A DNA stretch of 64,000 nucleotides, from NCBI GenBank assembly GCA_030704615.1, contig CM060734.1:41044001-41108000 (forward strand), given 5' to 3'. The translations under genes were made by a program, and so were the position numbers. Source of the stretch: Takakia lepidozioides. Its lineage: Eukaryota > Plantae > Bryophyta. Shown here piece by piece: positions 1 through 11,510 of the stretch (its first letter is position 1; every line of letters starts with the position of its first letter). A model generated the notes under the pieces. It was not told the DNA's origin. It ran no database searches and was given only the letters and a program-made list of their open reading frames with translations.

Positions 1-568
1 AAGTACTTTTTGGGCCTCAGAAGGTGGTCGCTTGCTGGGACCCTGTCTCTTGTGCTCTCACTGTCTCCCAGAATATGGGAGTGTAGTTTCTCCCAGTCTG
101 TGGGAGGGACAGAGGGAGAAAGAAAGAAAGAAGGAAATTTTGTAACGTCCATGGGGGGGCCCGAGGGCCGAAGTAGCAAACAATAATTTAAAGCCTTGTC
201 TAATTTTGCCCCAAGACGAAGTGCCTCCTGCAGTTAGGCTACCAAGCACTCATTAGACTGTCCGTCATAGCCTGGTGGCCATAGATTTATTTAAAGGATT
301 TGCTTAAAGCAGTCTTGGCCATAGATCCTGCAACCCAAGCTGTCAAAAGAGGCATACACAGAAAGAGAGGAGAGACCATTATTGACTATATTCGAGGATA
401 TGGTTGGCGACTAAGAAATTTCAGCCCTCTGACGAACATTGACATTTGTTGTTTTACTATTATATACAGCTTCCATTGTCATCATACCAGATCTCCTGAC
501 AATTTTTAGTGGAAGTGGCAAGTGGCATGATGTACGGCAACTGATTGGGAAGAGATTTTGTGTGTCAG

Positions 569-3500
569 AGGGTCGGCAAATGCTGACAAATCCACAGTGG
601 AGTCATTGCTGAATATTGGGCGAGAAGTTATTCCCACCAATATTGTTGCTGCTGCTGCCGCACCCAACTACCTGGGCGTGATCACTTTTGCAATTATCTT
701 TGCATTCACACTGAACACCATTGGTACTTGCCAGAAATCAACTTGCTGCTTGATAATCCATCTGGCTCCTCCTTCATTTTTATGTCCATGTGATGTATCT
801 GAACAGTGGAAGCTGGAAAGTCGAGGGGCAGGGGATAGAAGAGAGGAAAAGAGAGAGGCTTAATTGGAATGTGCACTTGCAGGTGAACGTGCAGAGCCTC
901 TCATTCATATGTTTGAGGTTTGCAATGACGTTATCCTTAAAATTGTAAGTACTCTTTACTTTGGCATAAATTTGCCCATAGCTATTTGACTTTTTCCAGT
1001 GATAGTCCATCCTTATCTACTGGATACTTATGGGTTTCCTAACTGCAGCACATTAAAACAAGTAATGCTGTTGGCAACGATAGTGAGACATAGAAGTCAA
1101 ACTTTGTGTTAATTACTGTGTACTACTCGTCTTCTGAATGATCTTAAACCACAATTTGGGTTACAAAGGAGCCTCCAAGGAAGATGAGGAACGGGGCGTG
1201 AGAGCACTCCAAGCTCTGCCAAAACCAGAATTGTTCCTGAAAATTTGGCAGTTCTGTTACAACAGATACCTTGTATCTGATCATCTGACAAATCAATCTA
1301 GGACTTTCTCTTTGAAATGCTGATATGGATGACTCATAATGGTCTACCTCTATTTGGTAGGAGAACTCCAGGCTTGTCGAGCTCTGGGCCTTGTTGACCG
1401 CTTTCCAGATGTGTATCCAATGTGTTTGGTACACTCGGATTTTATAATCCACCAAAAAGTCCAACACAAAACATTTTCAGTTTATCAGAAACAATCAGTG
1501 TAACTTACCAAGAGCTTTCTGTGGTATAGATCTGTAACACAAAATACCCTTCAAGTTATGTAGCTTTTCATTGTGAGTTATTACCTCAATTCCCTAGAAA
1601 GTTCCTTTTTAAGTGTTGTCAAGACAATACTGAAGAGAAAGGTCTAGTGAAGGTCTCTCCAGAACTGAAAAACTTGATCAGTATCACTCAATGTTTACAT
1701 GTGTTGAGGTTTTTGTTGGAGGCTCTATATTTGAGGATGGCGTCCCTGAATGAAGGTGGTTAACATGAACTTCTATAGGCGGACTAGTCTAACATGAGAG
1801 TATCCTAGGACTCTGATAAGTCCTCCAAGTTCTAGTTCAATTGTATATTATTCCTATGCCAATCTGCTGAAACTCTTTTGCCACATGCCGGTATGACAGT
1901 TGCCAGAACCCAAGTGTCAGTAGCTTCTGTTTTTTACTTGGTAATGAATCTTGTATTGCTGTGATGTATGACCAGATATATGTGGTTATAGCTTTCACGC
2001 CAGTGGGAGTAGCATCACTCATTGCGGGCACCATTCTGAAAGCATGCAATCTCATCCATTTACTAAAATCATTGGCGCTATATGTGAGCACTGTGCTGAT
2101 TGGGTTCATCATCCACTCCTTTGTTGTTCTGCCTCTTACCTTGTTTCTCATGGCCCAACAGAATCCTTTCAAGGTACTCAGGTAAGGAGGAGAACTCTTC
2201 AGACTATTGCTTCACTGCGTACATTCAGAAACTGATTTTAGCTCCAGCATTATGCAACTTACTACTGTGTAGGTCATTAAGGATCTCAATGGTGTCCCAT
2301 AACAGGAGGGAGGGAGGAGAGCGGCAAGTGCTACCGAAGGTAGCACCACAATTTACAGTCAATGCAAATGTATATTTCAACTTAAGTTTGCAAAGTGGTT
2401 GCAGGGTATTCTTTCCAGCATTTATAATGGGATTTGGGACTTCATCCAGTGCAGCAACAATGCCAGTCACTATGCAATGTGGCGAAGACTATGGGTGTGC
2501 GAGCAGCATTGTCCGGTTTGTAATCCCGTTGGGAACTAACATCAATCGTGATGGAGCAGCCTTATATGAAGCTGTCTCTGTTATATTTATCTGCCAGGTC
2601 TGTGTTGGGAACCTAGACAAATAAGTTTTCTTTGACTCTAGATGCTTAAATGCATTTGGTATTCTGAGGTGGTTTTCTTGTGTGTTCCACTTTGTACCAT
2701 GGGCCCTGCAGGCCCAGGCCCCCTTGGATGTTATGAAGTTTCTTTCTTTCTCCCATAAGCTCTTTGAGCTTTCCGCAGACATTTTAAAGTACCATCTCAT
2801 TTTTTCTTTCCTTTTCTCTATCCTCTTTGGAGCAATATTTAAAATCCTCTTATTGTTAGGAACAGATCTTCGGAGCTTCATCAAAGTTCAAAAACCCAAG
2901 AGGGTTGGTGACTGGATTTTACTTTGATACATTACCTCTGTTGGTGGCCATTTGTCCATTAGCTGTCCAAGCAGACTAAGTGGTAGTCTCTCTAATGGGC
3001 TCACACAGCGAAATAGTTATGGTCATGCAAGAGTTTCTGCATACTATTAGAAGCAATGTTAATCATGATTGTAGGTGCAGGCGCATGGACTAAAATTATC
3101 AGCAGGGAATGTGGTGGTAGTGGCCCTCACTGCGACACTGGCGGCCATTGGTTCTGCCTCAATCCCCAACGCTGCTCTTGTCTCCATGATCACTGTGCTG
3201 CAGGTCCCCTTTCTCTCTCACTCTCACCCTCTCTTGTACTTTTTCCTTTTTACTAACACAATTTTAATGGAGAGGTATCCAAGAACAAACTTTGAAGTCT
3301 CAATCACATCTTTAGGAGTGCTGAACAGTCAGGGATGAGGAGAGTCGCCATGCGAATACCCTTTAGTAAAAACCCAGCTACAGTAGGGGACAAAAGAGCC
3401 AGAGGCCCCAGAATGACAGGATCAAAATTGAAAAGCCCAAAATGGGTGTGGACTAGAACACATTAAAGCCTGGAAAGGCCAATGCAGGTGGAGTTTGCAT

Positions 3501-4438
3501 GGCATCAAGTGGCAGAAGAACAGCTGCAACCAAGGCCTAGGTGACAAAGCCAAGCCGAGAATGTACTCATAAGGCATTGTTTTCTGTAGCCTTCGGCGAC
3601 GTCAAGCACAGAGTGGCTACAAGAGCCACTAAACAGATTGATGCAGACAGTCATGGGGGCATGAGTCACAATCTACTAAGGACTAAGCTAAAGTACGACC
3701 TTTAGTCCCCATATGCTCTTAAAGCAAGAGGGCAATGGCTTGAACATGTTATCATCCAACCAGATTCCCCTATCACTCTATGTTGCATGTGGTCCAAGTC
3801 TTATGGCTCATTTTTCCCACATGACACAGCCAGCTATCCTGATCTGGGTCAAAATGAAAGAGTGCCTAAAACATCAGCTTGACTTGCGGGAACCCAATTT
3901 CTGGATAGCTCGGTCTTACCCTCCCTTGCTCTCAACTGCCTCGCTCTCCCACCTTGTGAACTTGATTCCCATAATGACATGGGCATGCCGTTTCCGGAAC
4001 ATAAAACTAGAGTATCCCGGAATTTGTTTCTCGTGGTATTACTGTTAGTTTATATTATGTTGGTGTTAGAATGGTTTGTTGTGCTCTTCCTAGACACTTA
4101 ATTGCTAGATATCCCAGCCATTTCATGTTTTCAATTCGCATGCTGGGTTTCCTTTACCTATTGCCTTCTGTAGCACCCATCATTGTACTGATAATCTCCT
4201 CTCATAATCACCATTCGTGGCCATGGTTGGGGACTTACAGGCACTGAGCTTATCACAATATATAAGTGACGTAGCAGTGCTGTATGCTGTGGATTGGCTA
4301 CTAGGAATGATACGAACATCTGTCAATATCTGGGGTGACGCATGCGCTTGTGTTATTGTGGACAGCTGGGTAACCCGCTACTCCAAGAAACATGACACTC
4401 TACCAGTCACAGTGAGTCACCAGATCTTTCAAGTTTGA
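569..4438 (+). CDS. Dicarboxylate/amino acid:cation symporter (DAACS/SDF, SLC1/GltPh-like), 3' six exons; 5' exons not identified and probably upstream of the window
   Basis: GT-AG exons joining in frame: ~569-723, 883-944, 1976-2181, 2405-2597, 3081-3203, 4241-4438 (TGA). Family motifs: IPTNIV, NYLGVITFAIIF, FTPVGVASLIA, HP1 GTSSSAATMP, TM7 PLGTNINRDGAALYEAV, HP2 AAIGSASIPNAALV, TM8 AVDWLLGMIRTSVNIWGD. Confidence 0.93.
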
Positions 4439-4680
4439 ATAGGAGAGTTTTGGCAAAGTTTCTGGCATCCTTAGTGGTAAAGCCAGTAGTTTTTAATGAT
4501 CTAATTTTTGACCAAAGCTCCATTCATAGAGGGTCCTTAGTCTCCCTTCATTTTGTCCTACTGATAACAGATTGATGGACATGAAGGTAGACCTTATCTA
4601 CTCTTTGGTGTTGCATTACTGCTTCCACTTGATGGTAATAACTATCCGTTTTTCTGGTTTCAAGGACAATCGAACTGCAA

Positions 4681-5681
4681 GGGAGATGGTCTCTGAGATG
4701 GTCTCTCCAGGAGGGCAGGATTGAGGTCCACCTTATGATCAAAGTGTTCAACATTTCAATGGAACTCCATTCATCCTGTCCAGTATAAATTCCTGAAGGT
4801 ATAGAAATTTCGTGAACATCCTTTGCTTCTTGATCTAATTTCCAACCCAGGATTAAAGAACAAATTGCTTGCTGACATTAGACCTCCCTTCCTATATTTG
4901 TAATGTTTGCAAGTGGATTTGTTTAAGAACTAATCCTATGGTGTCTAATCATTTAGTCAGTGGGGCTCCCAAATTCATATCTCATGTATGGTACTAGAAA
5001 GACCACCAGATGCACAGTAATAACGTGATGCCTTTATATCAATTGTTGTGGAACATTTGTTTTAGTATGTATGCTGCACAACCTAATTCTCAACTGTTGT
5101 ATAGAGCGCACTCCCCAAAATAATATTATGTACACTTTTTGTCAGAGAGTTTCTACCCCGAGGTTCAGATTTGTTATGAGTCGATCTCCATTGTCAACAA
5201 TTTCTCAAATAGTCGTCTTGACTTGACCCCAACTGCCTCCAGCATTTTGAGAAACTCTGATAAACAGGCCCACTATGCACATTAGACCCCCTCTCTCATC
5301 CAAGCGAAAAATTTCACCTTTGAATTAGGTAGGCTTCCTAGATATGTCAGAAAAGTTTCGGGAAGATCCAGAGGTTGAATCTCCAAATTACATGCCCACA
5401 TTCCGAATTGGAAGGCGGCCTTTCACTTAACCCTTGACCTGCCCTTTGTGGTCTCGGACCTTTTCTTAAACTAGCAAGCAATCACAGCTTGAGATATGAC
5501 CTCTCCAAGCTCAATCACCTTTCCTCTTCGTAGTTTAGAAATTCTACACAGATTCTATTCATCTCAGATGAGGTCTGGAGACATTTCCACCTTCGAGCTC
5601 AAAGGGCATTCATAAACTTACTTGGTTTTGTGTTTCTGATCTTTTTTGGAAAAGGGAACTGAGGCTTTGAGTGAATCAAGA
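4681..5681. repeat. ~1-kb dispersed duplicated segment, copy A (copy B at 17920-19382)
   Basis: Colinear high similarity from GGGAGATGGTCTCT to GAGGCTTTGAGTGAATC. Copy B has a 473-bp insertion and small indels. Confidence 0.95.
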
Positions 5682-7043
5682 GCATAAGCTCGAACTTACT
5701 ATTTTACTGTTTACTACCACTTTTAGAAAGGTTCTCATCTCTCTCTCCACACACAGAAACACACACTATTCGAAAGCAAACATAAATTCAATTATAAGTG
5801 CATAGATTACCAGTTCTGCAAAGTTCCCTGCAGTGAGGGGCGCTGAGTAGCCATCCAGCACCACCTGTACCCCTCCACAGAACCCTACTATTGATCAGTG
5901 CACAATCCTCTAGTGCGACGGATGACTGCTGAAATCTTGAGATGATGATAACTAACATCGATCGTAGTCACCTCTTCCACTTATATTGTCGACAGGGGCA
6001 GTGGACCCGACACTCAAAAAGAAAACATTCTTGTTAGTTGCCAATGAAAATTTTCCAGCACATGCTGGTGGCTCCTCAGATGCGTCCTCATCAGTGAACC
6101 AGCGACCATTACTCATTATATTACAGACTACACTTAATGATGCACACAGCTGTGGGTAGGGTATCCCCTTGCCAAGTGAGGATGTGGTGGCTTCGGATTC
6201 TCAAGGAGAGAAATCGGCACATGAAGTCCTAGTCACATGCTTACTGGACGTTTAAGAACTGCCAACTTTCAAACAGGGGGAAGTAGCCCTTACAGGTCCA
6301 CAGACACTGGATGTGCCTGGCTCATTCTTCTCAGTCACCAACAAGCAAACTTGAGCACCAAGGACATAACACAGTTTTAGTACAAGTCAGTTTCCGACCT
6401 CAAGGATGCCGACTTCTTGAGAGCCTCCTCCACTCCTCCAGTGGCCACAGTGAAAGAAGACCCATCACCCTTTTTCAGAGTGAATTCAGCTGTTTCCCTT
6501 CCTAAGGGTTGATCCAGAATATGAGATAGCATCTGGTACGTGTGTCGCATATGCGAGGGTGACAAATTTCAGAGGCCGTATCACCTTTGGCATTGCACCA
6601 GCGCTGCAAACTTGAGGAAGTGTGAAGTTTGCACATCGCAAGTGCGTAGAGCGCTGGATAAACACCAAAGGTGGATACCGCCCACGAAATTTGTCACCAG
6701 CCATACCAAAGTGGATATACAGCACCCCCACGGCAAGGGAAACCTGATCGACAACGTCACCCCCTCGGAACTGTTGAACACATCACAGTTAACAAACTGC
6801 CGTGAGGCTCCGCATCAGCAATGTTGTGTTTGGATGCGATGCGCCTGCAACGCCTGAAGTTGCTGCCTGCAGCACAAACTCAAATCAATTCGCATCACGT
6901 CGATGACGGAATCTCCGTGCACTACAGAGCTGGCATACAGCATTGATCACTAAGGCAATCCACACCACGGATTGCATCCTTCTCGACATCATTCTGACCT
7001 GGTGCCTGCTAGTTTCCAGCCTAGAGCAAACCAAGAAGCTCTC

Positions 7044-7310
7044 CCTCTCTCAGCAGCGAAATCACGAACTGATGTCTGTGGCACACAGCCTTGCTCAACA
7101 ATACCAGCAACTGATCTCTCTCCTCTCTCTACACTCCTCTCAACGTAAGCATTCTCCTCAGCAACAGCAGTGCCTCTCTGAGCAGCGAAATCACGAACTG
7201 ATTTCTACATCGCACACAGCAGATCCCTTGCTCAACAATACCAGCAACTGATCTCTCTCGCTCTCTCTACACTCCTCTCAGCAACAGCATTCTCGTCAGC
7301 AACAGCAGCC
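7044..7310. repeat. Tandem duplication of a ~130-bp CT/CAG-rich unit
   Basis: CTCTCT(C/G)AGCAGCGAAATCACGAACTGAT...CTTGCTCAACAATACCAGCAACTGATCTCTCTC...CTACACTCCTCTCA occurs at ~7044 and ~7174. Confidence 0.85.
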
Positions 7311-7629
7311 AAGAATCGTTTATAAGCACAAGAACCTGCAGACTCTCTCCTCTAACTTAACCTTGGTTAGTGACCTACTAAACACGCGAACCGTTTAGCG
7401 AATCGACCACCTTTTTGAATTGGGGGTCATGGCGCGCCCGCCATTATGGACAGCCACGATATGCGAGTACTTAGTCAGCATTCGACGGTCACGGAGCCTT
7501 GAGCTGCAGGACTTGTCACATCGATGTCTCCATCAGTTCAAACTTCAAACCTCCTCAACGTTCAGACGTCCTTGTGTTCAAATCTCCTTACTCTCAACAC
7601 CAGCAGCAATCTACCTACGCACGTTCCAG

Positions 7630-8105
7630 CCCTTGTTGTCAATGCTAAATGTAGAAGCGTTAAGGAAGCCCGCAAAGTGTTTGACAATATGACTCAGCAA
7701 GCGTGATCACGGGATATGCTCAGCATGGGTATGGTAGGGAGGCACTGGAGATCTATGAGCAAATGATACTGGAAAGGGCGATACCCAACAAGGTCACATT
7801 CGTCTGTGTCCTGAATGCTTGTGCCACCCTAGGAGCCCTGGAAAAGGGCAAAGAGGTCCAAGGCGACATTGACAAGACTGGAATTGCACCAGGGATGAAG
7901 TTGGAAAATTCCCTTGTCGACGTGTATGCCAAATGCGGGAGCATGGAGGACGCACGTCGAGTGTTTGACAAAATGACTCAACAAAATGTGGTGGCATGGA
8001 ACACCATGATTGTATGATATGCTCAGCATGGTTGTGGCAGGGAGGCTCTTCGAGGGGGAAAGGGTGATGCCAGACAAGGTCACGTTCAATTGTGTTCTCA
8101 ACTGG
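7630..8105 (+). pseudogene. PLS-class pentatricopeptide repeat (PPR) gene remnant
   Basis: AKCRSVKEARKVFDNMTQ / ITGYAQHGYGREALEIYEQM..PNKVTFVCVLNACATLGALEKGKEV..ENSLVDVYAKCGSMEDARRVFDKMTQQNVVAWNTMIV*YAQHG. S-P-L-S motifs with frameshifts and a stop. Confidence 0.9.
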
Positions 8106-8167
8106 AAACAGGTAAAGAGGTTGGCTTTGTACCTCTCTCAAACTTATGTAAGGGAAGGGAGGTAAAG

Positions 8168-8316
8168 AGAGATCGTTGTATCTGTAGACTACCACCTTAC
8201 TCCCCTCCCAGTGATCAATACGTTGGTGGCCATATTACGGCAGAGTGCATATGGCCACCACCGTATTGATCACTGGGAGGGGAGTAAGGTGGTAGTCTAC
8301 AGATACAACGATCTCT
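8168..8316. repeat. Near-perfect hairpin (68-bp arms, 13-nt loop); foldback MITE or hairpin-RNA locus
   Basis: 8168-8235 is the reverse complement of 8249-8316 with one mismatch. Loop TACGGCAGAGTGC. Confidence 0.9.
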
Positions 8317-9150
8317 ACCACTATAGACTGCATCAGTTTTTGAACAAATGTACATCTCTGGTAAGAAGAGTACGCCAAATAAAGATTGGCAGACTTTGTA
8401 CAAGGACAGGGTTACTCATACTTTGTGAGAAACTTCTGAGTCAACAGCAGCCAACAAGTTGACTTTCTGAGTATACATCTAAAGGGAATGGCATTGATAC
8501 ATTTGAGCCACATTGAGGGGGAGGGAGAGAGAGCCAGAGAGCAAGAGGCGGGTGCAAGAAATGCACTGCAGAACCAAACCTACAGGTTCCGCTGCGGTAA
8601 GTTCGGAATTCACCTTATTTGTTTTTGTGACATATTGTTGTTAACCAGTAACAGCCACCGGTAACTGGCTGGAGACCGATGAAAGCCGGTCGCTATCTTC
8701 TTCTTCCCTGCTCTCTTGTTCGCAAAATCCTGGCCTTCGTCGTCCTGCCCCTGGGATCTGGGCGTGGAAGAATTGGTGCGATTCATCCCATTCAATCCCT
8801 GTCAGCACACGTATAATTAAGCTCGTATGTGCAATGACTTGCCATTGGATAGAACTGCCATACGTATCTCAGCCAGTGACATATCATTACAATTGACAAG
8901 ATTATTGCTGGCACTGCTTTTTATGGTTTTCCAGGTTCACAATGGCTCGTCCGTATACCCAAAGGGATCGCCACACCTTTAACAAGTAAACAACCTTCTG
9001 CGCTGCCATGGAACGGGTTTTGATGCCCTTTGGTAGATGATGTCATTCTGGTGTAATCAAGTAAGCTATTCTGATATGTGGATTATGATAGGGCCGTTGT
9101 ACAAGCTGGTCTTGGCTAGGACAATCTGGTTGGAAAACACTTTCACAGTA

Positions 9151-9613
9151 CTGTCCATAGACAACCATTTAGGCGATAATTAATTCAAAATGAAAGTGCC
9201 TAACCAATTCTGTGAATTTTTCAGATTTTCTTGGCCCAATTGTTTGGAAACTATGGGACCAAAGTGCCTAATGCCCAAAAATTCTAGCAAAAAACTTGCA
9301 AGCCTCTTCTCATGTTGTTTGTAATAAGATCAAAATTTCATTGAACAAAAATCAAATACAAATATATGCGTGCGGAAATAACTTCCTACAAATCGCAATC
9401 TATTTGCAAGAGCTCCATGTAACTTCGAAAGGCCCTTGCATGGACTCCACAATGTCATCATATTAGGGTTTCAAAGGAAATGAAAGCTAATTCTAAAAAT
9501 TTATAGCATGAAGATGCCTAATGTGAGAAATGGTTTTCAAAACGTGCCTAATTTGCTGATTGATTGAATTTATTATTAGGCGCAAAAATGCCTACACGGT
9601 TGTCCAGGGACGG
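9151..9613. mobile_element. Tc1/mariner-type MITE (TA target duplication)
   Basis: TA|CTGTCCATAGACAACCATTTAGGC ... GCCTACACGGTTGTCCAGGGACGG|TA. ~24-bp imperfect TIRs flanked by TA; AT-rich non-coding interior with GTGCCTAA sub-repeats. Confidence 0.65.
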
Positions 9614-10399
9614 TATCTTTTGACTAGGAGCAAAAGCCCAATGCTTAAGTCCCCAGATACCCACAACCATTGTAGATGTTAATCCGGAGAGACGGATAAA
9701 TATGCTTTAAATAATGACAAATTTTTTTTAAAAAAATAATGGCGTTGGCCATTTATTTTATTGGAGGGGAAAAAAATAAACCCCAGTGATGCCATAAGGC
9801 AAAGTGCACACTGCAATAGTGAGCGAAGAGAACACTTTTTTTTTTGGACATTTTTTATTGGTCCAAATTTTGGCGGGGGAGTAGCGGTGGGATGTTTGAA
9901 GCCGCAGAACAAAATGAGCCAAAAACAAAATCGATGCGTGGCAGAAACCCCCAATGAAAGGCAGTGTAAACCTATTTATTGGCTTAAAATTCATTTAAAT
10001 TCATTTAAATTCTCGAATGGCTTGAGGGGTGAGCGTGTCGATGGGGAAGCAAATGATTTGTTCTTCTGTTGTGTCTCGGCACATGGGTCGCACACATGTT
10101 CAAGCACATGAGGGCAAAGATGAGGGACGAGCCTAGACTAAAACGAGAGAGACTATCGAATTGACAAGTGCCGATGACCAGAAAAGGTTCATGGAGATGA
10201 GGATGGGCGACCATTGTTGGCCATACCACCACCCCAGGAAATGAAGGCCAATAATGTAGTGCATGACGCACCCTTACAAAGCAAAGGACTGAAAGAAATG
10301 TAACTGCCTACCTACTGAGTCTAGAGCGAGTAGACTGGAAAGCCCGATGGAGGATCGAAGAAGCGCAGGTAACCACTAGCTAAGGAAAACTATGGCATC

Positions 10400-11510
10400 T
10401 TGCGAATTATCTTTCCCTGCTAGATTGAGGTGAACATAGACAGCAATCAAAAATTAGCTTCATCAAACACTTGCCCTTGATGTGTCTCCAATTGATGTCA
10501 CTGTTGAAGTCCGGGGAGTTAGGGCAGGAGGCAGTTGCGATTTCTCCAGCTTTGAGGGACTGAGCTCCAGATGCAAGAGGCTGGCGAAGGGCTTGAGCAT
10601 ATGATTCCAAGATGTATGTAGACAGTTTGATCCAAGCCTTACGTGCCTCAATTTGAATGTCAAAGAAAACCATAGCAAGCAACATGGAAATTGTGGAGTT
10701 AGTGCTTCCTAAGGTCCAAGCACATCTGGTTTTCCAAATGTGCCAAAGCCTTGCAGCCCTGATGTTGTCAAAAATCGGGCACTGGGAGATGGATTGCTTG
10801 GTGACCGGGTCATAGTTTAGGAGCATGTTGATTAGGCTCAGTGATCTGCGATCATGCCAGTGGCTGCAAACTGAATGAAGCAAGGGCCAGACTGTTGAAG
10901 GTATGTTGCATTGAAACGGGCAATGCTCGATAGATTTAGTGACACCCAGCGAGCAGCATTTGCAAAGCAAGGCCCCTGTGAACTGGAGCCATCGTCCCAC
11001 TTTGAGGATACGATTTGCGATTTGCCAAAGCAAGACCGCAATCGTCGTTGGTCTTGTTTTGACACATATACCTCTCCAAATGACCTGCCAGTGCTCATTT
11101 TGAAAGCCATAGCTCTCCACCTGGCATCCCATTTGGGAGAGAGTATTTTTCTTGAGTTTAGGCATTTGTAACCTCTTTTCATTGTGTATTGGAGGAGCAA
11201 TGGTTTCACTTCAAGATTCCACGACCATTCATGAGGATCGAACTGCAATTCCATGAGAGGCTTGCCTCCTATCCAGACAAAAGTGCTTCCACAAAGCCAG
11301 GCGGTCAATTCTGACCCTGGGGGATTCACAGGGTTCATGTGCTTGTCATTTGATGACCAATGGTATATTTTGACAGGGGAGAAATTTCCTCCCCTAATGG
11401 AAACCGGGCTTGTTTGGGAAAGGTGCAGGATGTTTGTTTGAGTGCAGCAGTCCATTGCCAAACCCCAGATTTGAATGCTGCTGCATTCAAGGGTGTAAAT
11501 ACATGTTGAA
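10400..11510 (-). mobile_element. 5'-truncated L1/Tx1-type LINE, ORF2 C-terminal zf-RVT region
   Basis: WQVIWRGI...AVLLWQIANRILKVG..LCKCCSLGVTKSIEHCPFQC..VW..LWHIWKTRC; frameshifted. Confidence 0.8.

Noticed and set aside
6311-6940. Cys/His-rich ORFs (e.g. 6540-6857) suggesting a zinc finger
   Set aside because: Spacing fits no motif I recognise, and the overlapping frames are equally uninformative.
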